54,258 nt of DNA from a virus. Taxonomy: Duplodnaviria; Caudoviricetes. The notes beneath the pieces were generated by a model. The model saw only the letters and a list, made by a program, of their open reading frames with translations, was not told where the DNA came from and ran no database searches. The position numbers were made by a program, and so were the translations under genes. The stretch lies in IMG/VR virus record IMGVR_UViG_3300027963_000096, positions 1 through 54,258 of that record. One strand, given 5' to 3'. Shown here one piece after another: positions 44,640 to 53,012 of this stretch (its first letter is position 1; each line of letters starts with the position of its first letter).

Positions 44640-45712
44640 TATCGTGTGTAAACTGAAATGTTAGGGGCGAGATAGATCGGCGACTTGTCGCGCTCTTCCG
44701 ACTCGGCGTCGTTCAAGTACTGGGCCGCCATCTTCTCAAGGTAGCCAATACGGTCGAGCTGCACGCCGGGGAGCTCAAGGCTCATCCGGTGGGACAGGTT
44801 CATCAGCACAGCCTCATACCAGCGCTGTGGAACTTCCAGCTCGCCGTTCAGGGCGCCCACGTCCATGATCTGGCGGGAGTACCACACCGTCATCTGCACA
44901 AAGGGGTCCGAGGGCACCGGCCACAGGTACATCGTGGGCTGGGGGATCGTGCGGTCAAACCAGAACTGGAAGGGCTGGTTGGCCGTGAAGTTCTTGTTGG
45001 GCAGGTTGGTGTAGTCGTCGCGGTTCAGGCGGGCCATCTGCAGCTCGCGCGAGTTGTTTCCAAAGTACAGCTCCCGCAGCGCCAGCGTAGTGTTGCCGGT
45101 GGCCCGCATGCGGTAGTAGTTCACGTTCTGGCCGGGGTCAATGTCCGTCCACACCCACTGCATATCCGACACGGCCACGTTGGTGCCCGTGGCCAGAGCG
45201 CTCCACGTAGACCCATCCGTAGAGTATTCCAGCACGTAGCTCCACGTAGCGCTGCCGCCGCCCGACACGTAGGGCAGGAAGCCGATGGAGCCGATGTACT
45301 GGGGGTCGTTGGTGCCGTAGATCACGGCGATGTTGCCGTTGCTGGAAGTCTGCTGGCAGTAGGTGGCTGTGTCGCCGTCGTAGACGTTGGCCACCACCCC
45401 GCCTGCGGAGGTGGTGTAATTGCCCACAGGGCGGTTCATCTGCCGGTACAGCACGTTCTGGGCGTCTATGGTGCCCACCGGCAGGCTGTAGATGTACTGG
45501 TTGGCGTTGAGGCCGATTACGGTCTTGTTGATGGCCCAGTAGTTGATGCCAAGGTTGGCCAAGTTGGAAAGGAAGAAAAACAGCGACTCCTTGGCCGACT
45601 GCACCTGCTCAACCGTAAGTTCTTCGGCCAGCTTACCGCAGCGCCGGGCACCATGGTCGATGAGCGTCTGTACTGAGATTACGGTCTGACCAACGGTGCC
45701 CGAGTAGGCCAT
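44639..45712 (-). CDS. Head-to-tail adaptor with inserted discoidin-like domain
   Basis: SGT...LID.G.RRCG...A..SL.....AN.GIN.W; R..Y..LPNK....P.QFWFDR...LWPVP; VPQRW.EA; insert DGD..T...LEYSTDG.TW...YYR...ELYF. Confidence 0.7.
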   Translation of the reverse strand: MAYSGTVGQTVISVQTLIDHGARRCGKLAEELTVEQVQSAKESLFFFLSNLANLGINYWAINKTVIGLNANQYIYSLPVGTIDAQNVLYRQMNRPVGNYTTSAGGVVANVYDGDTATYCQQTSSNGNIAVIYGTNDPQYIGSIGFLPYVSGGGSATWSYVLEYSTDGSTWSALATGTNVAVSDMQWVWTDIDPGQNVNYYRMRATGNTTLALRELYFGNNSRELQMARLNRDDYTNLPNKNFTANQPFQFWFDRTIPQPTMYLWPVPSDPFVQMTVWYSRQIMDVGALNGELEVPQRWYEAVLMNLSHRMSLELPGVQLDRIGYLEKMAAQYLNDAESEERDKSPIYLAPNISVYTR

Positions 45713-45721
45713 AGTGTTTCC

Positions 45722-45982
45722 TTACCAGCCGGGGCAATCCCAGCGTTTTAATGATGCCTTCGCGCGGGGCGCGTCACCCTTGGAATGCTCCACCACGCCG
45801 CTCATGCGGGCGCAAAATGAATCCTTGCGGGCGCCGCCCTTGGGCTGGGGGGCTTTAAGGTTCGAGCCCGTCTCCCGATTGTACTTGGCGCGGCCTTTTG
45901 CAGTAAGGCCCGCACCCTTGGCAACGGACAGCTTTTCGCCCCGGCCTACGGCCAAAGAGGGGGTCTTGTCCTTCTTTGCCAT
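45722..45982 (-). CDS. Small basic protein, DUF6321-like
   Basis: GLTAKGRAKYNR.TGSNLKAP...R..SFCARM.G...SL.RW.C. Confidence 0.7.
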   Translation of the reverse strand: MAKKDKTPSLAVGRGEKLSVAKGAGLTAKGRAKYNRETGSNLKAPQPKGGARKDSFCARMSGVVEHSKGDAPRAKASLKRWDCPGW

Positions 45983-45987
45983 GGCGT

Positions 45988-46644
45988 TTACCAGTTAGAA
46001 GATTTCTTGGAAGGAGCGCAAGTTGATACCTTGCGGGTAGTAACTTGGCCGCCCTTCTTGTACCCATAAAACTGCTCGCCATCCCCACCCTTGGAGCCGC
46101 CATCGGCCATCTGCTGGGGGTTACCCAGCGGCTTTTGCGGGGGCTGCAGCTCTCGGCTGTTGTCGCGCGAGGCCACCGTGGGCGTGTTGGGGGTGCTGGA
46201 GGTCATGCCGCCGAGGCTGGCAATGCCGCCATCGGCCATCTTCTTGGTCTTTGCAGACTGACGGAAGGCCTCGGCAGTTGGTGCGCCCTTGCTGCCCGGC
46301 TTGCGCATGCGCTCGTCGGAACCCTCGGCGATGCGTTTTTGCTTGGCGTGGATGTTGGCGTACAAGCCGCCTGCTTTCATCTTCTTTGCTAAAAATAATT
46401 TATCAACCATTTCCAGCCTTTGAGGTTTAGTTGTTACATCGTTAATGATATTCAGGCGTTCTGATTTACTTTTCCCGGCCTCGTAGAATCCGTCTCTTTT
46501 CAGAGAGCTAACCACCCCACCCTTTTTCATGCTGTCGGCCTTGACAAACTCCTTGCCGACCTTCTGCGGCACGCCACCAAAGCCGCCCTTGGTATGAGCA
46601 GCGGCCTCCATCAGGCGGTGTTGGGCGGGGGATTTGCTTGGCAT
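45988..46644 (-). CDS. Basic concatemer of small modules separated by GG motifs (218 aa)
   Basis: MKKGG, MKAGG, MADGG x2, YKKGG. Confidence 0.75.
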   Translation of the reverse strand: MPSKSPAQHRLMEAAAHTKGGFGGVPQKVGKEFVKADSMKKGGVVSSLKRDGFYEAGKSKSERLNIINDVTTKPQRLEMVDKLFLAKKMKAGGLYANIHAKQKRIAEGSDERMRKPGSKGAPTAEAFRQSAKTKKMADGGIASLGGMTSSTPNTPTVASRDNSRELQPPQKPLGNPQQMADGGSKGGDGEQFYGYKKGGQVTTRKVSTCAPSKKSSNW

Positions 46645-46646
46645 GA

Positions 46647-47051
46647 TCAGGCGTAGGTCTTGATCATCTCAAGGACCACGGTGTACGTGTCCCCTGAGGA
46701 GGCGTCAGCCGTGCTAAACACAATGTTCCCGTTCTTGCCGGTACCAGAGTTGTTCTGGATACCCCCGATTTTGGAGAAGTCGTTTTCGTAATTGGTGTTG
46801 ACAGTGGACAAAAAGAAAGGCACGTCCGTGCTCGCGTCCCAGTACATCCGCACTTCCATGCCGTGGCAAACAGACATTATTTTGTTTACGATTACCCCAG
46901 AGCAGGCCTTTCCGGAGCCGCTGGCCGCTAAACTGGATGCGGTAACTTTTGTGACCGCAGTCTCGCCGGTACCGTCACTGATGTTCGTGAATTTCATGAT
47001 GGCCAAGCGCTCGCCATCCATTAAAGTTTGACTCGTTACTGCGTCAGCCAT
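46647..47051 (-). CDS. Putative virion structural protein (134 aa, MADAVTSQT...)
   Basis: GGAG RBS before ATG 47051; beta-rich. Confidence 0.7.
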   Translation of the reverse strand: MADAVTSQTLMDGERLAIMKFTNISDGTGETAVTKVTASSLAASGSGKACSGVIVNKIMSVCHGMEVRMYWDASTDVPFFLSTVNTNYENDFSKIGGIQNNSGTGKNGNIVFSTADASSGDTYTVVLEMIKTYA

Positions 47052-47062
47052 GATGTTCTCCA

Positions 47063-47094
47063 ATTAAAAGTAAGGGGCATTTTAAGCCCCTTAC
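47063..47094 (-). terminator. Intrinsic terminator-like hairpin
   Basis: GTAAGGGGC/GCCCCTTAC stem followed by TTTTAATT on the minus strand. Confidence 0.65.
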
Positions 47095-47097
47095 CTA

Positions 47098-48396
47098 TCA
47101 GCACTTGGCGTTGCCGCCTTTTTTGTAGCCACCGGTGTGGATGACCTGTTTTTCCGTTGGTTTGGAGCCGATGCCTAGCAATTTCTTTACGCTCCCCACT
47201 GGGTCGCGGAAAGCCTTTGCCATCTCCATCTCGTCTTCCCCCGGCCCAATTGCCTTGTCGTAGGCGCCTTTGGATGCGTCTATCAGCTCAATATCGACCG
47301 TTCCGCCCTTCTTGAAGGTGCCCGATTGACGGCTGTTGCTTACCGGCTGGGAAACAGGGCGCTTTGGCATTGCCACGGCATGGCCAGTGCTAACACTGCC
47401 CCCCGTGGCGTAATGCTTTTTTGCGGCACCGCCTTTTTTCATCGGATTGGTCAGACCACCCGTGGCGTAGCGCTCGTAGCCGGGATCGGCTTTGCTGGTG
47501 TTAGCAGGACGGTTTGCAAAGTCAACCTTCCCGCCTTTTTTCATCGGATTGGTCAGGCCACCAGTAGCCATACCGTTTACGACGCCACCAGTTGCGTAAC
47601 GCTCGTAACCGGGGTTGGTCTTCTTGCGCTCCATCTTGGTATTGGCAAAGGTGCTTTCGTTGCCTTCCACAGTGCCGCCAGCAGCGTAGCGCTCGTAACC
47701 GGGATTTGTTGCCTTGCGCTCCATCTTGGTTTTAACAAAAGCGCCTTCGTTACCCTTAACGGTGGTCTTGTCCATCGCGGTGTCAATAGCCGCGCCCGAG
47801 ACCTTGCCGCCCTTTTTCATGGGGTTGGTCAGGCCGCCCGTGGCCAGCTTGAGCTTGGTGCCCTTGCCGCCCGTATGCTCTTGCATATCGTGCTGCTTAA
47901 AGGCTTTCATGATCATGGCCTTGTCTTGCGACTTGTCGCCAGCCTTGCCGCCCTTCTTCATGGCGGGCATGCCACCGGGGGCAACCATAGGCGCCGCAGG
48001 CGCGCCCATAGCGGCCTTGCGGGCCAGCAAGGCCTTCATCATGGCCGCTTTGCGGGGGTCCATACGAGCACCCATAGGAGCGCCCATAGGGGCAGCCATG
48101 GGTGCGGCCATCGCTGGCGCGCCCATCATGCCGCCCATGGCCTTCTTCTCGACCTTGCCGCCGTTTTTCATCATAGAGCCGGACATGGCCTTGCGGCGGT
48201 CCGACATCGAAGGCTTCTTGGGCGAAGCTCCGTCTTCGCAAGACTCTTCGTTGCCTCCCTTCATGAAGTTTTTACCCTTCATGTTGGTGTGGCCGTTGTC
48301 GTCCTTGTCCATTGCGACGTGACCGCCCTTTTTCAGCTTCAAGATTACCGAAGGCTCGGTGGTCTCCATCTTCACCATTGGTTTGAATTGGCCCAT
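47098..48396 (-). CDS. Met/Lys/Gly-rich protein with 16 GG motifs (432 aa)
   Basis: AAGGAG RBS; MKKGG x4, YATGG x3, LKKGG, FKKGG, YKKGG, YAAGG, LATGG, MATGG, MKNGG, KAMGG, FMKGG. Confidence 0.8.
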   Translation of the reverse strand: MGQFKPMVKMETTEPSVILKLKKGGHVAMDKDDNGHTNMKGKNFMKGGNEESCEDGASPKKPSMSDRRKAMSGSMMKNGGKVEKKAMGGMMGAPAMAAPMAAPMGAPMGARMDPRKAAMMKALLARKAAMGAPAAPMVAPGGMPAMKKGGKAGDKSQDKAMIMKAFKQHDMQEHTGGKGTKLKLATGGLTNPMKKGGKVSGAAIDTAMDKTTVKGNEGAFVKTKMERKATNPGYERYAAGGTVEGNESTFANTKMERKKTNPGYERYATGGVVNGMATGGLTNPMKKGGKVDFANRPANTSKADPGYERYATGGLTNPMKKGGAAKKHYATGGSVSTGHAVAMPKRPVSQPVSNSRQSGTFKKGGTVDIELIDASKGAYDKAIGPGEDEMEMAKAFRDPVGSVKKLLGIGSKPTEKQVIHTGGYKKGGNAKC

Positions 48397-48406
48397 GATC
48401 TACTCC

Positions 48407-49381
48407 TTATGCTTGGGTGACACCGAGGGCGCCAACGCGGGTAGCGTTAGGTCCAACCGCGATAGCTGGCAACAAGATGCCCATCGTCGTGCGAACGATG
48501 CCATTTGAAGCCGTAGCAGGTGCATACGTGCCGCGAACGTCGCCAGTGGTAGTGGTCGCCGTGGCGGTATCCGCAGCCACAAAGGTGCCCGCGTCTTGTG
48601 CCAAGGTGTTGTTGGACTTCACGCTGGCAACGTAGGCCACGTTAAACACGCGGACCGGAAGGCCCAAAACGTCACTGGTACCAACCACAACAGCAGTTGC
48701 AGAGCCAGCAATAGTCACGCCACTGATTTGGTAGAAAGCCTTCAAACCAGTTACAGCAGTTGCGGCAGTAACCACCGTGATAACTTCACTCATTGCTTGT
48801 CCGTAGTAGTCGTAACCACTCACGGTAAACGCGCGGGCCGTAGTAGAACTGTTCACTTTAACTGCGCGGGGCAGGTCCAACTGCAGCACGGTCGTGCCGT
48901 CGGTGCGAACCACAGACTTCACGGAAGTGCCAGCGGTCAACGTCAAAGCGCCAGCGGCAGCAGGTGCTTGCGATGCGGCGATGTTGTTGGTGACTGCGGC
49001 TTGGGGAACAACGTCCCAGACGTAGATACGTCCCAGTGGCCCAATGCCCAAGTCCATAGGGGACGGGTTGTCAAATGCGACATTACCGTGCAAGGTCAAC
49101 GCGGTGGTATTGGCGATGTTAATTGCTTGGTTCAGCGTGTAAGTACCCGTTCCACCGTTGCCGGTAACAAAGGCCGTGATGTAGGTGCCGTCGGTTACGC
49201 TTGAACCGTCAACGTACATACCCAAAACAATTGGGTTACCGGAGTTGAGAGCGGTAATTGTTAAGGTTGACGATGACGTGCCACCGGTGCCGCCAGTAGC
49301 GGTAAGGGTGTAGGAGCGCAGTCCGGTGCCCATGTAGGTTTGGGCCGGGCCTAGAAAAAGGTCGTCTGAGAATTGAGGCAT
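48407..49381 (-). CDS. Putative head decoration/structural protein (324 aa)
   Basis: AAGGAG RBS; follows the capsid gene; Thr/Ala/Gly beta-rich. Confidence 0.65.
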   Translation of the reverse strand: MPQFSDDLFLGPAQTYMGTGLRSYTLTATGGTGGTSSSTLTITALNSGNPIVLGMYVDGSSVTDGTYITAFVTGNGGTGTYTLNQAINIANTTALTLHGNVAFDNPSPMDLGIGPLGRIYVWDVVPQAAVTNNIAASQAPAAAGALTLTAGTSVKSVVRTDGTTVLQLDLPRAVKVNSSTTARAFTVSGYDYYGQAMSEVITVVTAATAVTGLKAFYQISGVTIAGSATAVVVGTSDVLGLPVRVFNVAYVASVKSNNTLAQDAGTFVAADTATATTTTGDVRGTYAPATASNGIVRTTMGILLPAIAVGPNATRVGALGVTQA

Positions 49382-49412
49382 GGTCTGCTCCTTGAAAAGT
49401 TTGACCGATGTT

Positions 49413-49444
49413 AAAAATGGGGCGGGGGATTAAGGCCCCCCGCC
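49413..49444 (-). terminator. Intrinsic terminator after the major capsid gene
   Basis: GGCGGGGG/CCCCCGCC stem, then CCATTTTT on the minus strand. Confidence 0.7.
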
Positions 49445-49460
49445 AAGACCTTGGCCGGTA

Positions 49461-50375
49461 TTAGATACCGGGTGTCCCATAAAGGCAGCGTGGGTCGGTA
49501 AATCCGACGTCGTAACGCTCAGTGGCCTTGTAGCGCATCGAGTCGGTCTCGAAGTCGCCTTCCATGGTCTTCTCCAGACGACGACGCATCAAGAGCTTCA
49601 GGCCCTCGGGAGCATCGGTCTGGACCCACCATGCGTTGGCACTGGTCAGACGAGACAGCACAGTAGCGCCGCCGTCCAGCAAGCCGATGGACTTGATGGG
49701 GTTGACGTCGTTGTTGGCGTTGCCTGCGCGCAGGACCGACTTCAGCAACACTTCCGACTGGAAGACGTTACCGGGAGCCACGACGAGCTGCTTGGGCACC
49801 AGACGGATTTTCTTGCCGTTGTTGTCCACAGCTTGGCGTACTTGGATAAGCATCTGCTCAAGGGAGGTTTGCGAAAGCACAGCGGCGGTGGCCAACTGGT
49901 TGCTGAACGTGCCGTTCACGATGGGGTGAGCGGTGTTGATCAACGACACGCCGTCGCCGCCGGGGTACGAGCTGTTGAAGGCCACGTTCAAGACGTTGGC
50001 GGACAGCAGTTCCTTGGTTTCCACCAGAGACTGTGCCAAGTGACGTGCGTACACTTGACCCAGACGGATGTGGTCGCCGTCTTCCACGAGGACCTTGGTC
50101 AGGGCAAAAGCCAGACCGTAGACCTTGTAGACGTAGCGCTTCAGGAACAGGACACCACCTTGTTGGTACGTCACCGGTGTGCCGTCAGGCAGTTGAGGTG
50201 CCGCGCCGAAACCGTACAGGACGGGCTCTTCGTGGTAGTTACGGGGGATGCCGTCTTCCTCGCGGAAAACACGTGACCACTCGTCGGCGCGTTGGTCATA
50301 GACTCCATCGAAGCACTCGTTCAAAATTGGTTCGACGATGCTTCGGAAGTCCGTACTTCTCATTGGTGCTGCCAT
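49461..50375 (-). CDS. Major capsid protein (Mu gpT-like, HK97 fold)
   Basis: EE..LYGFG.AP...DG..V.Y; L.VEDG; KE...ANVLN..F...GGDGV.L....HP; LEQ.LI; P..LVV.P; EGDFET...RYKA.ERY..G..DPR...G.PG; followed by a terminator. Confidence 0.88.
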   Translation of the reverse strand: MAAPMRSTDFRSIVEPILNECFDGVYDQRADEWSRVFREEDGIPRNYHEEPVLYGFGAAPQLPDGTPVTYQQGGVLFLKRYVYKVYGLAFALTKVLVEDGDHIRLGQVYARHLAQSLVETKELLSANVLNVAFNSSYPGGDGVSLINTAHPIVNGTFSNQLATAAVLSQTSLEQMLIQVRQAVDNNGKKIRLVPKQLVVAPGNVFQSEVLLKSVLRAGNANNDVNPIKSIGLLDGGATVLSRLTSANAWWVQTDAPEGLKLLMRRRLEKTMEGDFETDSMRYKATERYDVGFTDPRCLYGTPGI

Positions 50376-50386
50376 GTTATTGCTCC

Positions 50387-50959
50387 TTAGATAGCGTTAA
50401 TGGTAGCAACGTACTGGCTGCGGCTCACTTGAACCTGCACCACGGTGTACGCATCACCCCAAGCGTTATCAACGCCGTTACTCAAACCGATGATGCGCAT
50501 GTCACCAACGGCGCTAGTTCCCGCCAACGTAGTGGAGATCATGCACTGCGACAAGCCCGTGGTCGTAGAACCAGCGGTAATGCTTGTAAAGTTGGCTTGA
50601 TCGCCAATAGACGTTTGCAACAAGCTACCATTTGCCTGAATCTCGTAAACGATAAGCGGGTCAGAGTAGTAGTAGGTCACTTGAGAACCAGCGATGTAGG
50701 TGGTGTTAGCAATCCATTGGTTGCTAATTTGACGACGGCCAGTTGCATCGGTGTACTCATGACCGGCGAAGGCACCTTGATAGGGGTCACTAGCGGCAAT
50801 GGCCACAATGTTTCCAGACGTGTTAAGAGCCACAGGTTGGCCCTTCAGAATTCCGGTTCCGTAACCGGAGGCGATACCGCCAGCAAGCGCCACTGCACGA
50901 TCCAGACCAGAAGGGTGGAACGCAGGACGCAAGCCAAACGGAGCAGAGGTAGAACTCAT
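50387..50959 (-). CDS. Capsid-associated (cement/decoration-like) protein
   Basis: APFGLRP N-terminus; DP...YEIQA; immediately upstream of the major capsid gene. Confidence 0.6.
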   Translation of the reverse strand: MSSTSAPFGLRPAFHPSGLDRAVALAGGIASGYGTGILKGQPVALNTSGNIVAIAASDPYQGAFAGHEYTDATGRRQISNQWIANTTYIAGSQVTYYYSDPLIVYEIQANGSLLQTSIGDQANFTSITAGSTTTGLSQCMISTTLAGTSAVGDMRIIGLSNGVDNAWGDAYTVVQVQVSRSQYVATINAI

Positions 50960-50972
50960 ATTAACTCCTTAG

Positions 50973-51521
50973 TTAGCCGGAAAATACCGGCGTTCGATTG
51001 GGTTGCTTGTCAAAATTGCCCATTCCGTCGCCCTCAATGCCCACCAGCGACTTGCCGTTGCTGTCCCTTGCGCCTTGGAGTTGCTCCACTTGGACGCGGA
51101 TTTTCTCCGCCTCGTCACGGGGTTTCTCGTCGTGCATATACGTCATGATCTCTTGGTAGACATCCATCGGTAGTTTGAACAGCAACATCTCGTTGCAGGA
51201 GATATATCCAACGTGCTCACCGGTCTTCACGCGCAGGTCTTCATACCCGGGTAACTCTTCAGTTTTCACTGGAACGTACCCTTGGCGAATCCTTTTGTCG
51301 ATGGAGTCGTAAGTGTTGGTTGTTGAGAGCCAGCAAAGATGCCACCCACTTAGGCTGGGTAGTTTAGGCAACGCTGATTGCGTCCACTCCTCGTTCCACA
51401 TCTTGCGACGTTCTTGCGTAGAAGCGAACTTATCTTCAGGTGCTGCGCGGCTTGCGTCCTCGCTTGCGCGATCATTGCGGCCACCAGCATTGAGAGATTT
51501 TTTGAGACGTGATTCAGTCAT
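50973..51521 (-). CDS. Conserved head-module hypothetical protein (182 aa)
   Basis: LP..P...GWH.CW...R.RQGY.PV..EE; located between scaffold and capsid genes. Confidence 0.65.
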   Translation of the reverse strand: MTESRLKKSLNAGGRNDRASEDASRAAPEDKFASTQERRKMWNEEWTQSALPKLPSLSGWHLCWLSTTNTYDSIDKRIRQGYVPVKTEELPGYEDLRVKTGEHVGYISCNEMLLFKLPMDVYQEIMTYMHDEKPRDEAEKIRVQVEQLQGARDSNGKSLVGIEGDGMGNFDKQPNRTPVFSG

Positions 51522-51523
51522 GA

Positions 51524-52471
51524 TTAGTTACTCCGGGGATTATTACGTGATTCGGCTGCATATCGTTTAACCATCTTGGCGCGCTTTTCGGGGTTATCCC
51601 ACATACCGGCGTCCTTCATCGCTCGCACTTGTTCAGCGGAGAGAGTAAAGGTGCGGTTTGTGCCCCCGTATGCGGCTGATGCTTCACGTCCTGAGCTTCC
51701 CACGGTATTCCTTGGTGTTCGTCGATCTGTATCACGCTTATCTGACGCGCCATTATAGCGGTGAGGTAATCTTTTTTGCAAACGCGAGTCCAATTCGTCC
51801 CAATAATCGTCGGAATCGGGGCTCCAGCCCTCTTTTACAAGGTCTTCGTCGATTACTTTGGCGATTTTGCTGTCGGTGTCCGATAAATCGGGCTTATACC
51901 AGCCATTTCGCTCAATCCAGATGCTTGCTTGACGCTGGACGTTTGGATTAATACTCGGCGCGGCCTGTTGTTGGGGCTGATCGGCCTGTTTTTTAAAGTG
52001 ATTGAGCTGCTGGAGCTGTTGGCGGGCCTCGTACAGCAGCTCTTGGGCGCTAACGGCGCCCTCACCATCCCCTGCACCGGTGGCTTCGGACAGTTTCATG
52101 CGCGCATACTCCAAGCGCACCTGCTGGTCCTCGATGGCCTTGTCCAAACGGGCTAGATCGGCCCCTTGGGTGCGCTGTTCCACGCGCGAAAGCCGGTTGC
52201 GCATCTCCTCGTTCTCGCGTTGAAGGGCCTGCAGCCGCACGTCCTTCTCCACGTTGGTCTTGCGGATCAGGTCCTTCTTGGATCGGCGGCGCGCGCGGCG
52301 CGCTGCGCGTACCGCCTCGCTGTCATCAGGGTGGTCTTCGTCTCCGCCGTCGTCAGCAGGGGCCGAGTTATCCTCATCCGGGGGCAGGATGCCCTCGGGC
52401 AGCTCCACCGTGGCGGTGCCATCCGTACCCTCTTCGATGCGCAGAATTTCTTCCTTGTTCTCTGTTGCCAT
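51524..52471 (-). CDS. Capsid scaffolding protein (putative)
   Basis: Acidic N-terminus, long coiled coil, W..RN.W...Y.DELD.RL...PH, C-terminal LS.EQV. Confidence 0.7.
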   Translation of the reverse strand: MATENKEEILRIEEGTDGTATVELPEGILPPDEDNSAPADDGGDEDHPDDSEAVRAARRARRRSKKDLIRKTNVEKDVRLQALQRENEEMRNRLSRVEQRTQGADLARLDKAIEDQQVRLEYARMKLSEATGAGDGEGAVSAQELLYEARQQLQQLNHFKKQADQPQQQAAPSINPNVQRQASIWIERNGWYKPDLSDTDSKIAKVIDEDLVKEGWSPDSDDYWDELDSRLQKRLPHRYNGASDKRDTDRRTPRNTVGSSGREASAAYGGTNRTFTLSAEQVRAMKDAGMWDNPEKRAKMVKRYAAESRNNPRSN

Positions 52472-52480
52472 GGTATCTCC

Positions 52481-52936
52481 TTAGACGTAGGCTTTGAAGG
52501 ACAGCGGGTCGTCGGTGACCTTCGCTATGACTTCGTGGTCGTTGATGGTCATGAACAGCACCGGGTTAAGGTCGCCGTTCTCCTCGTTGAACACGGGCCG
52601 CTCCCAGCGATCCCCTCCCCAACGCGGTACTCGGACATAGTCGCCGACCTGCGCCCAGCACCCTTCGGGCCATGTTGCCATGGTGTCCCTGTTGCGGTAT
52701 GCCAGTGGGCCGATTGCGACGACACGTCCGATCATGTTGTTCCACTTCTCGTTCTCCTTGGTCTCCTCCACCAAGATGATCTTTCCCGCGTTTTTCTTAA
52801 TGCGGCGAAGCTGAACAATGACCCGGCCACCTAACGGGGCCTGACCTGCCGGTACGTCTGGAAATGCCCATGCCAGCTCGGCAGGGTCAGACGCCTGTTG
52901 CGCCCCTACGATGTAGGGAACTTTTTCTTGACTCAT
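52481..52936 (-). CDS. groES: GroES-like co-chaperonin
   Basis: PLGGRVIV...GKIIL.EET...GRVVAIGP.AY...VGDYV...INDHEVIA; AGGAG RBS before ATG 52936. Confidence 0.85.
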   Translation of the reverse strand: MSQEKVPYIVGAQQASDPAELAWAFPDVPAGQAPLGGRVIVQLRRIKKNAGKIILVEETKENEKWNNMIGRVVAIGPLAYRNRDTMATWPEGCWAQVGDYVRVPRWGGDRWERPVFNEENGDLNPVLFMTINDHEVIAKVTDDPLSFKAYV

Positions 52937-52946
52937 ACTCACTCCT

Positions 52947-53012
52947 ATCGACAAAAACCATATTTCAGGTTCGATGTGCGCATATTTCAGCGCGGCTTAG
53001 GGCCTTGCGGCC
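52947..53012 (-). promoter_or_regulatory. Tandem hairpins with identical UGAAAUAU loops plus a GCAA-tetraloop hairpin in the groES leader
   Basis: GCGC-TGAAATAT-GCGC and AACC-TGAAATAT-GGTT have different stems and the same loop; GGCC-GCAA-GGCC lies upstream. Confidence 0.6.
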
